DNA of 24,000 nt from Nocardia globerula (GTDB lineage Bacteria > Actinomycetota > Actinomycetes > Mycobacteriales > Mycobacteriaceae). The translations under genes were made by a program, and so were the position numbers. Shown one piece after another: positions 15,311 to 23,113 of this stretch. Numbering within the stretch: position 1 is the stretch's first letter; the number at the start of each line of letters is the position of its first letter. Under the pieces are notes generated by a model that saw only the letters and a program-made list of their open reading frames with translations, was not told the origin of the DNA and did not search any database. The stretch lies in NCBI GenBank assembly GCA_008125105.1, contig VNIQ01000002.1. One strand, written 5' to 3'.

Positions 15311-16672
15311 GTGCCTACTCTTCAGAGAGATGTCGCAATCGTCGGCGCCGGCCCCTCCGGCCTGGCAGCCGCAACCGCGCTGCGCAAAGCCGGCTTGTCC
15401 GTCGCTGTTCTCGAGGCACGCGACCGCGTCGGCGGCCGCACCTGGACCGACACCGTCGACGGCGCGGTCCTGGAAATCGGCGGCCAGTGGGTCTCCCCCG
15501 ACCAGACCGCGCTGATCGGGCTTCTCGACGAACTCGGCCTCACGACGTTCGACCGATACCGCGAGGGCGAATCCGTCTACATCTCCACCGCAGGCGAACG
15601 CACCCGCTACACCGGCGACTCCTTCCCCACGAACGACACCACCAAAAAAGAGATGGACCGCCTCATCGACGAGATGGACGATCTCGCAGCACAGATCGGC
15701 GCGGAGGAGCCGTGGGCTCATCCACTTGCCCGTGACCTCGACACCGTCTCGTTCAAGCAGTGGCTGATCAATCAGTCCGACGACGCCGAAGCTCGCGACA
15801 ACATCGGGCTTTTCATCGCCGGTGGCATGCTCACCAAGCCTGCCCACGCGTTCTCCGCGCTGCAGGCCGTTCTCATGGCCGCCTCCGCCGGTTCGTTCTC
15901 GAACCTGGTGGACGAGGACTTCATTCTCGACAAGCGTGTGGTCGGCGGAATGCAGCAGGTATCCATCCGCATGGCCGCCGCCCTGGGCGACGATGTCTTC
16001 CTCAACGCTCCCGTGCGTACCGTGCAGTGGACCGAAGACGGTGCAGTTGTGTTGGCGGACGGTGACGTTCGCGTCGAGGCAAAAAAGGTCATCCTGGCTG
16101 TCCCGCCCAATCTCTACTCTCGGATCTCCTACGATCCCCCGCTGCCGCGCCGCCAACACCAGATGCACCAGCACCAGTCCCTTGGTCTGGTCATCAAGGT
16201 GCACGCCGTGTACGAGACGCCCTTCTGGCGTGAAGACGGCTTGTCCGGCACCGGTTTCGGCGCGTCCGAGGTCGTTCAGGAGGTGTACGACAACACCAAC
16301 CACGAGGACACTCGTGGCACCCTGGTCGCCTTCGTCTCCGACGAGAAGGCGGACGCGATGTTCGAGCTTTCCGCCGAAGAGCGTAAGGCCACGATTCTCG
16401 GGTCGATCGCCCGCTTCCTCGGCCCGAAGGCAGAAGAGCCGATCGTGTACTACGAATCCGACTGGGGTTCGGAGGAATGGACCCGAGGCGCGTACGCCGC
16501 GAGCTTCGATCTCGGTGGTCTGCACCGGTACGGCGCCGATTCACGGACACCGGTCGGCCCGATTCACTTCTCCTGCTCCGACATTGCGGCCGAAGGCTAC
16601 CAGCACGTGGACGGCGCTGTGCGGATGGGACAACGGACGGCGGCCGACATCGTCTCCCGAGTCAAGGGATAA
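15311..16672 (+). CDS. puo: Flavin-dependent amine oxidase, putrescine oxidase-like
   Basis: 453 aa. The GTG start lies 7 nt after a GAAGGAG RBS. The FAD-binding motif is DVAIVGAGPSGLAAA...LEARDRVGGR. The sequence resembles the characterised Rhodococcus erythropolis putrescine oxidase as I recall it; I have not verified this by alignment. Confidence 0.85.
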   Translation: MPTLQRDVAIVGAGPSGLAAATALRKAGLSVAVLEARDRVGGRTWTDTVDGAVLEIGGQWVSPDQTALIGLLDELGLTTFDRYREGESVYISTAGERTRYTGDSFPTNDTTKKEMDRLIDEMDDLAAQIGAEEPWAHPLARDLDTVSFKQWLINQSDDAEARDNIGLFIAGGMLTKPAHAFSALQAVLMAASAGSFSNLVDEDFILDKRVVGGMQQVSIRMAAALGDDVFLNAPVRTVQWTEDGAVVLADGDVRVEAKKVILAVPPNLYSRISYDPPLPRRQHQMHQHQSLGLVIKVHAVYETPFWREDGLSGTGFGASEVVQEVYDNTNHEDTRGTLVAFVSDEKADAMFELSAEERKATILGSIARFLGPKAEEPIVYYESDWGSEEWTRGAYAASFDLGGLHRYGADSRTPVGPIHFSCSDIAAEGYQHVDGAVRMGQRTAADIVSRVKG

Positions 16673-16679
16673 CCCGATC

Positions 16680-16715
16680 GCAGTCGTGACCGCTCGTTTC
16701 AGCGGTCACGACTGC
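16680..16715. terminator. Bidirectional hairpin GCAGTCGTGACCGCT-CGTTTC-AGCGGTCACGACTGC
   Basis: 15-bp perfect stem between the convergent puo and pucR-family genes. It overlaps the last codons of the regulator. Confidence 0.7.
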
Positions 16716-18223
16716 CGGGCAATGATCGCGAGTAGCAACTCCGCTCGCACCCGTGCCACGTCCAGACTGCAGTCGATCAGCGTCTCCACCTTGGCAATTC
16801 GGCTGCGCAACGTATGCCGATGAACGCCCATGGCGATAGCCGCTGCTTCCCAATGCCCGTTGGCTTCGAGGAAAGCGCGCAACGACGCCAGCAGTTCGGT
16901 GCCGTTGTCGCGGTCGTAGCGATCGAGCGGGGCGATCATCGTTTCCGCCAACGTGTTCAGCACTTCTCGGGTTGAACTGAACGCGAGTAGCACGCTCCCT
17001 GTGAGAGCTGCGAATTCCAAAGGCTCCCCACCGGTTTCCGCCGCCGACGCGCAGAGCTGTGATTGCTCGACCGTGTCCGCTAGTGCCAGAACCTCACGTT
17101 TGCCACTCAGTCCCACCCGCAACGAACGGCGGTCACCGGTCGACACATCTCGCAGCAGCGCTCGAACGAAGTCGACGTCGTCGGTTCCACGCAGAACAAC
17201 CGTGACCCGGGCATCGTGGATACGTGAGAAGAGTTGCCGGCCGGCCTTGTTCAGGAACGACGCAATTTCTCCCGCGACGCGCGTCGCAATGTCGGGCGTG
17301 TCGGCCAGCACCGTGAGACCACGGATCATGCCGTCCCCGTCTGCCGCTGCCCGAATCTGCTGCCACGCCGGCGCGGGATCGCGATCCTCGGTCAACAGCA
17401 GGCCAAGCGCGTGCGAGTTCAGTTGATTCTGCGTTGCCTGCAACCTAGCCGGCTTCTCGAAGTCCAACGCCAGCAACGAGTTTGCGTGACCAAGTAGGAT
17501 CTGGTCGACGTAGCTCAGTGACGACGCGCTGATCACCGCCAGGTATCCGTGAAGTGTTCGGCCGACGGATATCCGTTGCGCCGCGATGGACGCCCCCGAA
17601 CTCGCGAGGGTGACGCTGCTGGACGCGCCGCCGCCCAGAGTCCCCCGCAGTTCCTCGATCACGTCGTCGGCCGGCAGTTCGGGGTAACTCTCGAGCACCC
17701 GACCGGCCACGTCGAGCAACAGGACGGTCGCCGACGTCGCGATGGCGAGTTCACGCACCGTCGAGGCGGTTCCACCGGCGATAACGGCGCGCGTCATCTT
17801 CGGCTGTGCCCGCGATGCCCGCAGAACCGCTTCGTATTCCTGTTCGGCCAACCGGCTCATCACTCGTTTCACCACAGCGGCAAAGGGAGTCGGCAACGGC
17901 ACCTCGATCAACGGCAGGCCGATTTCGTCAGCGACGGTAACCAGGTCGACCGGCACCTCGGGGTACGAGAGCCCGGTGCCGAATCCGACAGCAGCCACGC
18001 CGGCCGCGTCGAGCATGCGGAGATACCGCCCACGTTTCTGCGCAGTCGACGGCAATCTGATGCCGGTCGTGAGGATGAATTCACCTCCGGTCAGCCAACG
18101 GAACGGGTCAAGCAGTTCCGTGGCGTGCGCAAACGTGATTTCTCGACCGACGCCTTCTGCCCCGCCTTTGAGTTCCAAAGCAAGGTCTTCCTGCGCCAAC
18201 ATCCACCGCACGGGGATCGTCAT
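16706..18223 (-). CDS. PucR-family transcriptional regulator
   Basis: The N-terminal PucR-like sensor region is MTIPVRWMLAQEDLALELKGG...LTGGEFILTTG. The C-terminal PucR HTH is AAAIAMGVHRHTLRSRIAKVETL. I chose the start at ATG 18223; the track ORF extends to 18325. Confidence 0.85.
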   Translation of the reverse strand: MTIPVRWMLAQEDLALELKGGAEGVGREITFAHATELLDPFRWLTGGEFILTTGIRLPSTAQKRGRYLRMLDAAGVAAVGFGTGLSYPEVPVDLVTVADEIGLPLIEVPLPTPFAAVVKRVMSRLAEQEYEAVLRASRAQPKMTRAVIAGGTASTVRELAIATSATVLLLDVAGRVLESYPELPADDVIEELRGTLGGGASSSVTLASSGASIAAQRISVGRTLHGYLAVISASSLSYVDQILLGHANSLLALDFEKPARLQATQNQLNSHALGLLLTEDRDPAPAWQQIRAAADGDGMIRGLTVLADTPDIATRVAGEIASFLNKAGRQLFSRIHDARVTVVLRGTDDVDFVRALLRDVSTGDRRSLRVGLSGKREVLALADTVEQSQLCASAAETGGEPLEFAALTGSVLLAFSSTREVLNTLAETMIAPLDRYDRDNGTELLASLRAFLEANGHWEAAAIAMGVHRHTLRSRIAKVETLIDCSLDVARVRAELLLAIIARQS

Positions 18224-18259
18224 GCGCTGGACTGTACAACTCGGCGCGTCGATCCCAAA

Positions 18260-18291
18260 AGATTTCGACTTTTTGGCAGCTGTCGAAATCT
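18260..18291. promoter_or_regulatory. Inverted repeat AGATTTCGAC-N12-GTCGAAATCT in the pucR/aldehyde dehydrogenase divergent region
   Basis: Perfect 10-bp arms read directly, in an AT-richer stretch 37 nt upstream of the regulator ATG. This is a candidate operator. Confidence 0.45.
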
Positions 18292-18392
18292 GTGAGTCAG
18301 CGCACACTTGCTGACACAGCCCCACACAGTGCGGGTTCGTGGCGCTTCGTCTGGACTGCGAACTCGTTCGACCGCGAGAGGAACCGGTACCG

Positions 18393-19823
18393 ATGTCGAT
18401 CGTCGTACTCGAGAACTACATCAACGGTGAATTTGTCGCCTCGTCCGCGACGGAAACGCTCGACCTGATCAGCCCGGTGGATGAAAGCATCGTCGGGCGT
18501 GCTCCGATCTCGACCAAAGCCGATGTGGACGCCGCCGTTGAAGCCGCACAACGCGCATTCGAGACGTGGGGCAAGACAACGCCGAGTGTCCGTCAGGCCG
18601 CGCTTCTCAAGCTCGCCGACGCGATCGAAGCGCACAGCGACGAAATCGTCGCCGCCGAGAGCGCAAATACCGGCCAGGCTCACCAGATGATCGCCGACGA
18701 GGAAGTCAAGGTCGGGGCCGATCAGATGCGTTTCTTCGCCGGCGCTGCCCGCCTCCTCGAAGGTAAGGCCGCCGGGGAATACATGGAGGGTTTCACCTCC
18801 TACGTCCGTCGTGAGCCCATCGGCGTCGTCGGTCAGGTCACGCCGTGGAACTACCCGTTCATGATGGCGCTGTGGAAGATCGGGCCCGCACTCGCTGCCG
18901 GCAACACGATCGTCCTCAAGCCGAGCGACACCACACCGGGCAGCACGCTGGTACTGGCCAAGCTGTCCAAGGGAATCCTGCCGGACGGCGTGTTCAACGT
19001 CGTGCTCGGCAACGGCAGTACCGGCGCGACGTTGGTGGAGAATCCGGCCCTCGGTCTTGTCTCCATCACCGGTTCGGTACGTGCAGGCATCGCGGTCGCC
19101 GTATCCGCAGCGCAGCAACTCAAGCGCGCCCACCTCGAACTGGGCGGCAAGGCACCGGCCATCGTGTTCGACGACGTCGACATCGAAAAGACCGCAACCG
19201 GCATCGCCGAGGCCGCGTTCTTCAACGGCGGCCAGGACTGCACCGCAGCCACCCGCGTGATCGTCCACGAATCCATTCACGATCAGCTTGTCGACGCACT
19301 GGTGCGTAACGCCGAAAAGCTGCGCCCCGGCGCGCCTTCCGACCCTGATGCGTTCTACGGTCCGCTCAACAACATCAACCACTTCAACACCGTGAGCGAC
19401 AAGATCGCGAACCTGCCGGCGTCGGCCACGATCGTGACCGGTGGAAAGCGTTCAGGCGAAACCGGATTCTTCTTCGAGCCGACGATCATCACCGGTGTCG
19501 CGCAGTCCGACGACATCGTGCAGGAAGAAACCTTCGGTCCCATCCTCACGGTCCAGAGCTTCTCCGACGAAAAGGAGGCGATCGCCCTCGCCAACGACGT
19601 TCGGTTCGGCCTTGCCTCGAGCATCTGGACCAAGGATCACGGTGTCACCCAACGGCTCTCCGCGGCCCTCGACTTCGGAGCGGTGTGGATCAACTGCCAC
19701 ATCCCGCTCGTCGCCGAGATGCCGCACGGCGGCTTCAAGTACTCCGGCTACGGCAAGGATCTCTCCGCCTACGGAGTCGAGGATTACACCCGCCTCAAGC
19801 ACGTCATGAGTTCGCACGACTGA
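18393..19823 (+). CDS. NAD(P)-dependent aldehyde dehydrogenase, probably gamma-aminobutyraldehyde dehydrogenase
   Basis: 476 aa from ATG 18393, with a GAGAGGAA RBS upstream. It has the catalytic Glu context ELGGKAP and Cys context GGQDCTAATR. The substrate assignment is inferred from context next to the putrescine oxidase. Confidence 0.88.
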   Translation: MSIVVLENYINGEFVASSATETLDLISPVDESIVGRAPISTKADVDAAVEAAQRAFETWGKTTPSVRQAALLKLADAIEAHSDEIVAAESANTGQAHQMIADEEVKVGADQMRFFAGAARLLEGKAAGEYMEGFTSYVRREPIGVVGQVTPWNYPFMMALWKIGPALAAGNTIVLKPSDTTPGSTLVLAKLSKGILPDGVFNVVLGNGSTGATLVENPALGLVSITGSVRAGIAVAVSAAQQLKRAHLELGGKAPAIVFDDVDIEKTATGIAEAAFFNGGQDCTAATRVIVHESIHDQLVDALVRNAEKLRPGAPSDPDAFYGPLNNINHFNTVSDKIANLPASATIVTGGKRSGETGFFFEPTIITGVAQSDDIVQEETFGPILTVQSFSDEKEAIALANDVRFGLASSIWTKDHGVTQRLSAALDFGAVWINCHIPLVAEMPHGGFKYSGYGKDLSAYGVEDYTRLKHVMSSHD

Positions 19824-19837
19824 GTCGCCGCCCCTTC

Positions 19838-19887
19838 CTGCTGTGCGCCTTTGTTAACCGCCCGCGGTTAACAAAGGCGCACAGCAG
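19838..19887. repeat. 50-nt perfect palindrome (24-bp arms, 2-nt centre)
   Basis: CTGCTGTGCGCCTTTGTTAACCGC-CC-GCGGTTAACAAAGGCGCACAGCAG, with every arm position paired when I indexed it by hand. It starts 15 nt after the aldehyde dehydrogenase stop and ends 27 nt before the USP ATG. No U-tract follows. Confidence 0.9.
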
Positions 19888-19914
19888 ATTCCTCCAATCC
19901 GGAAAAGAGCCACC

Positions 19915-20814
19915 ATGCGCCTTATCGTCGGATACCTCGCCACACCCAGCGGTAAAGACGGGCTGGTCCTCGGGACGCAGCTCGCGCGCAGTCTCGGCGC
20001 GCAACTCGACATCTGCATGGTGCTCCCTCCGGACCGAACCCTCCCGGCCAAGATTCCCTCGGAACCCGGCTACGACGACATCCTCGCCGCCCGCGCGCAC
20101 GAGTGGCTTGCCGAGGCTCGAGCGTCGGTGCCCGAGGACATCCCGGTCGAAGTACATCTGAGCTTCCACGAGTCGTTTGCTCAGGGACTACTCGACGAAG
20201 TGGACCGACTGGGCGCGCTGGCGATTGTGGTGGGTGCGTCCGGCGACGGTCTGCTCGGCCGCCACTCGATAGGTTCGGTGTCCACCGAACTGTTGCACTC
20301 GGCCCACGTCCCGGTTGCACTGGCACCGCGCGGAACCCGACACTCGTCGGCGTCGGCGATCCGCGAGATCACGTGTGCACTCGGTACCCGTGTCGGCGCC
20401 GATATCGTCTTGAACACGGCTGTGCGCACCAGCGAACAAATGCACGTTCCGCTGCGCCTGGTCTCACTGGTGGCGTTGGACCCGCAGAACGATCTCCGCG
20501 ATCACCGCGACACTGCCGAGTCGGCGAGAGAGCGCGCGCGAAGTCACGCTCAGGACACACTCGACGTCGCAAGGGCTGCGCTCCCCGAGGATGTTCCGAT
20601 CGAGGTCATCATCGCCGACGGTTCCACTGTGGAATCGGCAGTGCGTCAACTGGACTGGCAGGACGGCGATCTCGTGATGGTCGGTTCCAGTCGCCTCGCG
20701 CAGCCGCGCAAACTTTTTCTGGGCTCCACCGCCGCCAAGATGCTGCGCGTGTTGCCCGTTCCCATGGTCGTAGTGCCCAAGCACGAATTCACCCAGCCGG
20801 AGGCACTGTCATGA
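19915..20814 (+). CDS. Universal stress protein (tandem USP domains)
   Basis: 299 aa in two USP-like halves (MRLIVGYLATPSGKDGL...IVVGASGDG...SV.. and ...LVMVGSSRL....FLGSTAAKMLRVLPVPMVVVP). Confidence 0.85.
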   Translation: MRLIVGYLATPSGKDGLVLGTQLARSLGAQLDICMVLPPDRTLPAKIPSEPGYDDILAARAHEWLAEARASVPEDIPVEVHLSFHESFAQGLLDEVDRLGALAIVVGASGDGLLGRHSIGSVSTELLHSAHVPVALAPRGTRHSSASAIREITCALGTRVGADIVLNTAVRTSEQMHVPLRLVSLVALDPQNDLRDHRDTAESARERARSHAQDTLDVARAALPEDVPIEVIIADGSTVESAVRQLDWQDGDLVMVGSSRLAQPRKLFLGSTAAKMLRVLPVPMVVVPKHEFTQPEALS

Positions 20815-22364
20815 CGAGCAACGAAACTTCGCAGCCACCTGCAGGCAACGAACTGAGTTCCAAAGGTCTCGCCACCGGCAAGATCGGGATGATCTCCGGC
20901 GCAGTTCTCGGAATCTCTTCCGTGGCACCGGGTTACACCCTGACCGCCAGTATCGGATTGATCGTCGCCGCCGTCGGCCTCAAGATGCCCGCCATCTTCA
21001 TCGCCGGCTTCATTCCGATGTTCCTCACCGCGTACGCATATCGCGAACTGAACTCCGATACTCCAGACTGCGGGGCGTCATTCACGTGGTCCACCAAGGC
21101 ATTCGGCCCGTACGTCGGCTGGATGTGCGGTTGGGGCATGGTGATCGCCACCATCATCGTGCTCTCGAATCTCGCCGCCATTGCCGTCGACTTCTTCTAT
21201 CTGTTCATCGCACGGGTGGTCGACAATCCGTCGATCGCGGATCTACCGGGTAACAAACTTGTCAATGTCGGCACGACGCTGGTGTTCATCGCCCTGGCCA
21301 CCTGGATAGCGAGTCGAGGAATCACCACGAGCGAGCGCGTGCAGTTCGCACTCGTCGGCTTCCAGATGGTGCTGCTCGTCGTCTTTGCCGTCGTCGCACT
21401 CGTTCACGTCGGTGCCGGAGACGCCCCGGCCGGATTGTCGTTCGACCTCAGCTGGTTCAACCCGTTCAGCGGACTCGCCATCGGCGCTTTTGTCATCGGA
21501 CTGACCGGATCGATCTTCGCCTTCTGGGGCTGGGACACGTGCCTGACGTTGGGTGAGGAGTCGAAGAACCCCAAGAAGACCCCGGGCCGCGCCGGACTAC
21601 TGTGTGTTGCAACCATTCTCCTGACCTATCTGCTGGTTGCCGTTGCCGCGATGATGTACGCCGGCGTCGGAGAGGAAGGCCTCGGCCTCGGAAATCCCGA
21701 GAATTCGGAGAACGTCTTCGGCGCATTGGCAGACCCCGTACTGGGCGACTGGGGCGGCATGCTCCTCTTCCTTGCCGTCTTCGTATCCTCGGTCGCCAGC
21801 CTCCAGACCACGTTCCTCCCGGCCGCACGAACCATGCTCGCGATGGGAGCCTACGGAGCCTTCCCCAAGAAGCTTGCCGAGGTATCCCCGCGGTTCCTGG
21901 TGCCGTCTTACGCGACCGTGGTTGCCGGCGTTGTGACGGCGGTGTTCTACACCGTTGTCACGTTCCTCTCCGAAAGCGCTCTCCTCGACACGATCGCTGC
22001 GCTGGGCATCATGATCTGCTGGTACTACGGCATCACGGCATTTGCGTGTGTCTGGTACTTCCGCCGGACGGTGTTCGACAGCATGCGCAACTTCGTCTTC
22101 CGACTGGCGTTCCCGCTACTGGGTGGCCTGATGCTGCTCGCGGTGTTCGTCATCTCGATCCAAGAGAGCATGGATCCCGAGAATGCGAGTGGCGCTTCGA
22201 TCGGCGGAATCGGCCTGGTGTTCTTCCTGGGCTTCGGAATCCTGATCCTCGGCGCCGTACTGATGATGGTGATGCGCGTGCGCAACCCGGAGTTCTTCGA
22301 GGGCAAGACCCTCAACCGCGACACGGTCGCGTTGCGCGACGAAAGCGATCTCAGCTCGACTTAG
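20811..22364 (+). CDS. APC-superfamily amino acid/polyamine permease
   Basis: 517 aa from the internal ATG (MTSNETSQPPAGN...), with about 12 TM segments. The ATG overlaps the USP stop (ATGA). The 753-aa track ORF's N-terminal extension is an Arg/Gly-rich shadow frame over the USP gene. Confidence 0.88.
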   Translation: MTSNETSQPPAGNELSSKGLATGKIGMISGAVLGISSVAPGYTLTASIGLIVAAVGLKMPAIFIAGFIPMFLTAYAYRELNSDTPDCGASFTWSTKAFGPYVGWMCGWGMVIATIIVLSNLAAIAVDFFYLFIARVVDNPSIADLPGNKLVNVGTTLVFIALATWIASRGITTSERVQFALVGFQMVLLVVFAVVALVHVGAGDAPAGLSFDLSWFNPFSGLAIGAFVIGLTGSIFAFWGWDTCLTLGEESKNPKKTPGRAGLLCVATILLTYLLVAVAAMMYAGVGEEGLGLGNPENSENVFGALADPVLGDWGGMLLFLAVFVSSVASLQTTFLPAARTMLAMGAYGAFPKKLAEVSPRFLVPSYATVVAGVVTAVFYTVVTFLSESALLDTIAALGIMICWYYGITAFACVWYFRRTVFDSMRNFVFRLAFPLLGGLMLLAVFVISIQESMDPENASGASIGGIGLVFFLGFGILILGAVLMMVMRVRNPEFFEGKTLNRDTVALRDESDLSST

Positions 22365-22962
22365 GAGACTGGGCAACCAACCCAGCCATCAGCACGCGCA
22401 AACCGAATTCGAAGGCGGCATCGGCACGTTCGGGATTTTTCCCGGACGTTGCCAATGCCGCCTTCATCGCGTCGTTCACTTCCGGCCCGGCGGCCCATTG
22501 GACCTCGGGCGCTGCCAGATCGAGCGCGGAACCGAGAACAAAACTGTCTACCGTCGTGATCGCGTGGAGCGTCGCCGACGGATCGAACCCACCGTCCGAA
22601 AATGCCTGCGCCAGTGCGTTGTACAGACCGAAGGCAACACCGGCTTGCACCGTCTGGGCAGTGAAGAGCGGGATCAAGCGAGGATGCTCGGCATAGCTGC
22701 GCCGGTATTCGGACGCCAACGCCGCTACGGTGTCGGTCCACGAACCGTCAACCGATCGGAGGTCGATGCCCGCCATCAATTGAGCTCTCATCAGTTCGAC
22801 AATTTCGGCCCGCCCGGACACATGGTTGTACAGCGAGGACGGTCGCACCTTCAGTCTTCCCGCGAGTCCCGGCATGGTGAAGTCGCCGGTTTCGTCCACC
22901 GATTCGATTGCCGCCTCGGTGATGATTTCGGGCGAGAGCAGTCGTTGCGATGGCCGCGGCAT
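22351..22962 (-). CDS. TetR/AcrR-family transcriptional regulator
   Basis: 203 aa from ATG 22962, with an AGGAGG RBS. The N-terminal HTH is ITEAAIESVDETGDFTMPGLAGRLKVRPSSLYNHV. The 3' end overlaps the permease 3' end by 14 nt. Confidence 0.88.
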   Translation of the reverse strand: MPRPSQRLLSPEIITEAAIESVDETGDFTMPGLAGRLKVRPSSLYNHVSGRAEIVELMRAQLMAGIDLRSVDGSWTDTVAALASEYRRSYAEHPRLIPLFTAQTVQAGVAFGLYNALAQAFSDGGFDPSATLHAITTVDSFVLGSALDLAAPEVQWAAGPEVNDAMKAALATSGKNPERADAAFEFGLRVLMAGLVAQSPKSS

Positions 22963-23056
22963 ATGTCCTCCTGTAGTGATCCACACCGTTCGGTGCGCCG
23001 CAAAAAAAACAATTCCTCGAAAGTCCTTGATCAATCAGCGCTCACCCACCATACTT

Positions 23057-23073
23057 AACGAATCACATTCGTT
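23057..23073. promoter_or_regulatory. Palindrome AACGAAT-CAC-ATTCGTT (candidate TetR operator), with a second palindrome ACGTT-G-AACGT at 23076-23086
   Basis: Read directly in the AT-richer divergent region between the tetR and amidase genes. It ends 40 nt upstream of the amidase ATG. Confidence 0.5.
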
Positions 23074-23113
23074 TTACGTTGAACGTCGAACATCCGAGTA
23101 CTGAGGAAACCCC

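Noticed and set aside
15269-16525. 418-aa minus-strand ORF covering most of the putrescine oxidase gene
   Set aside because: It is antisense to a gene with clear FAD amine-oxidase motifs. Its translation is Arg/Gly/Val-rich with no recognisable domain. This is a typical long shadow ORF in high-GC DNA.
18297-19382. 361-aa minus-strand ORF opposite the aldehyde dehydrogenase
   Set aside because: It is a shadow frame of a well-supported ALDH (catalytic Glu and Cys motifs on the plus strand). It has no motifs of its own.
19838-19887. The 50-nt palindrome as a MITE or IS remnant
   Set aside because: There is no second copy in this window, no flanking direct (target-site) duplication that I could see, and no transposase nearby. 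I kept it as an unexplained palindrome or terminator instead.
20103-20810. N-terminal extension of the 753-aa ORF upstream of the permease
   Set aside because: It is an Arg/Gly/Pro-rich out-of-frame overlap with the USP gene. The permease hydrophobic core begins after the internal ATG 20811, which forms an ATGA junction with the USP stop.
21602-22696. 364-aa plus-strand ORF (and similar ORFs at 15822-16823, 7123-7893, 9407-10159 and 13701-14438)
   Set aside because: These are alternative-frame or antisense overlaps of confidently assigned genes. Their compositions are dominated by Arg/Pro/Gly, as expected from frame-shifted high-GC coding DNA.
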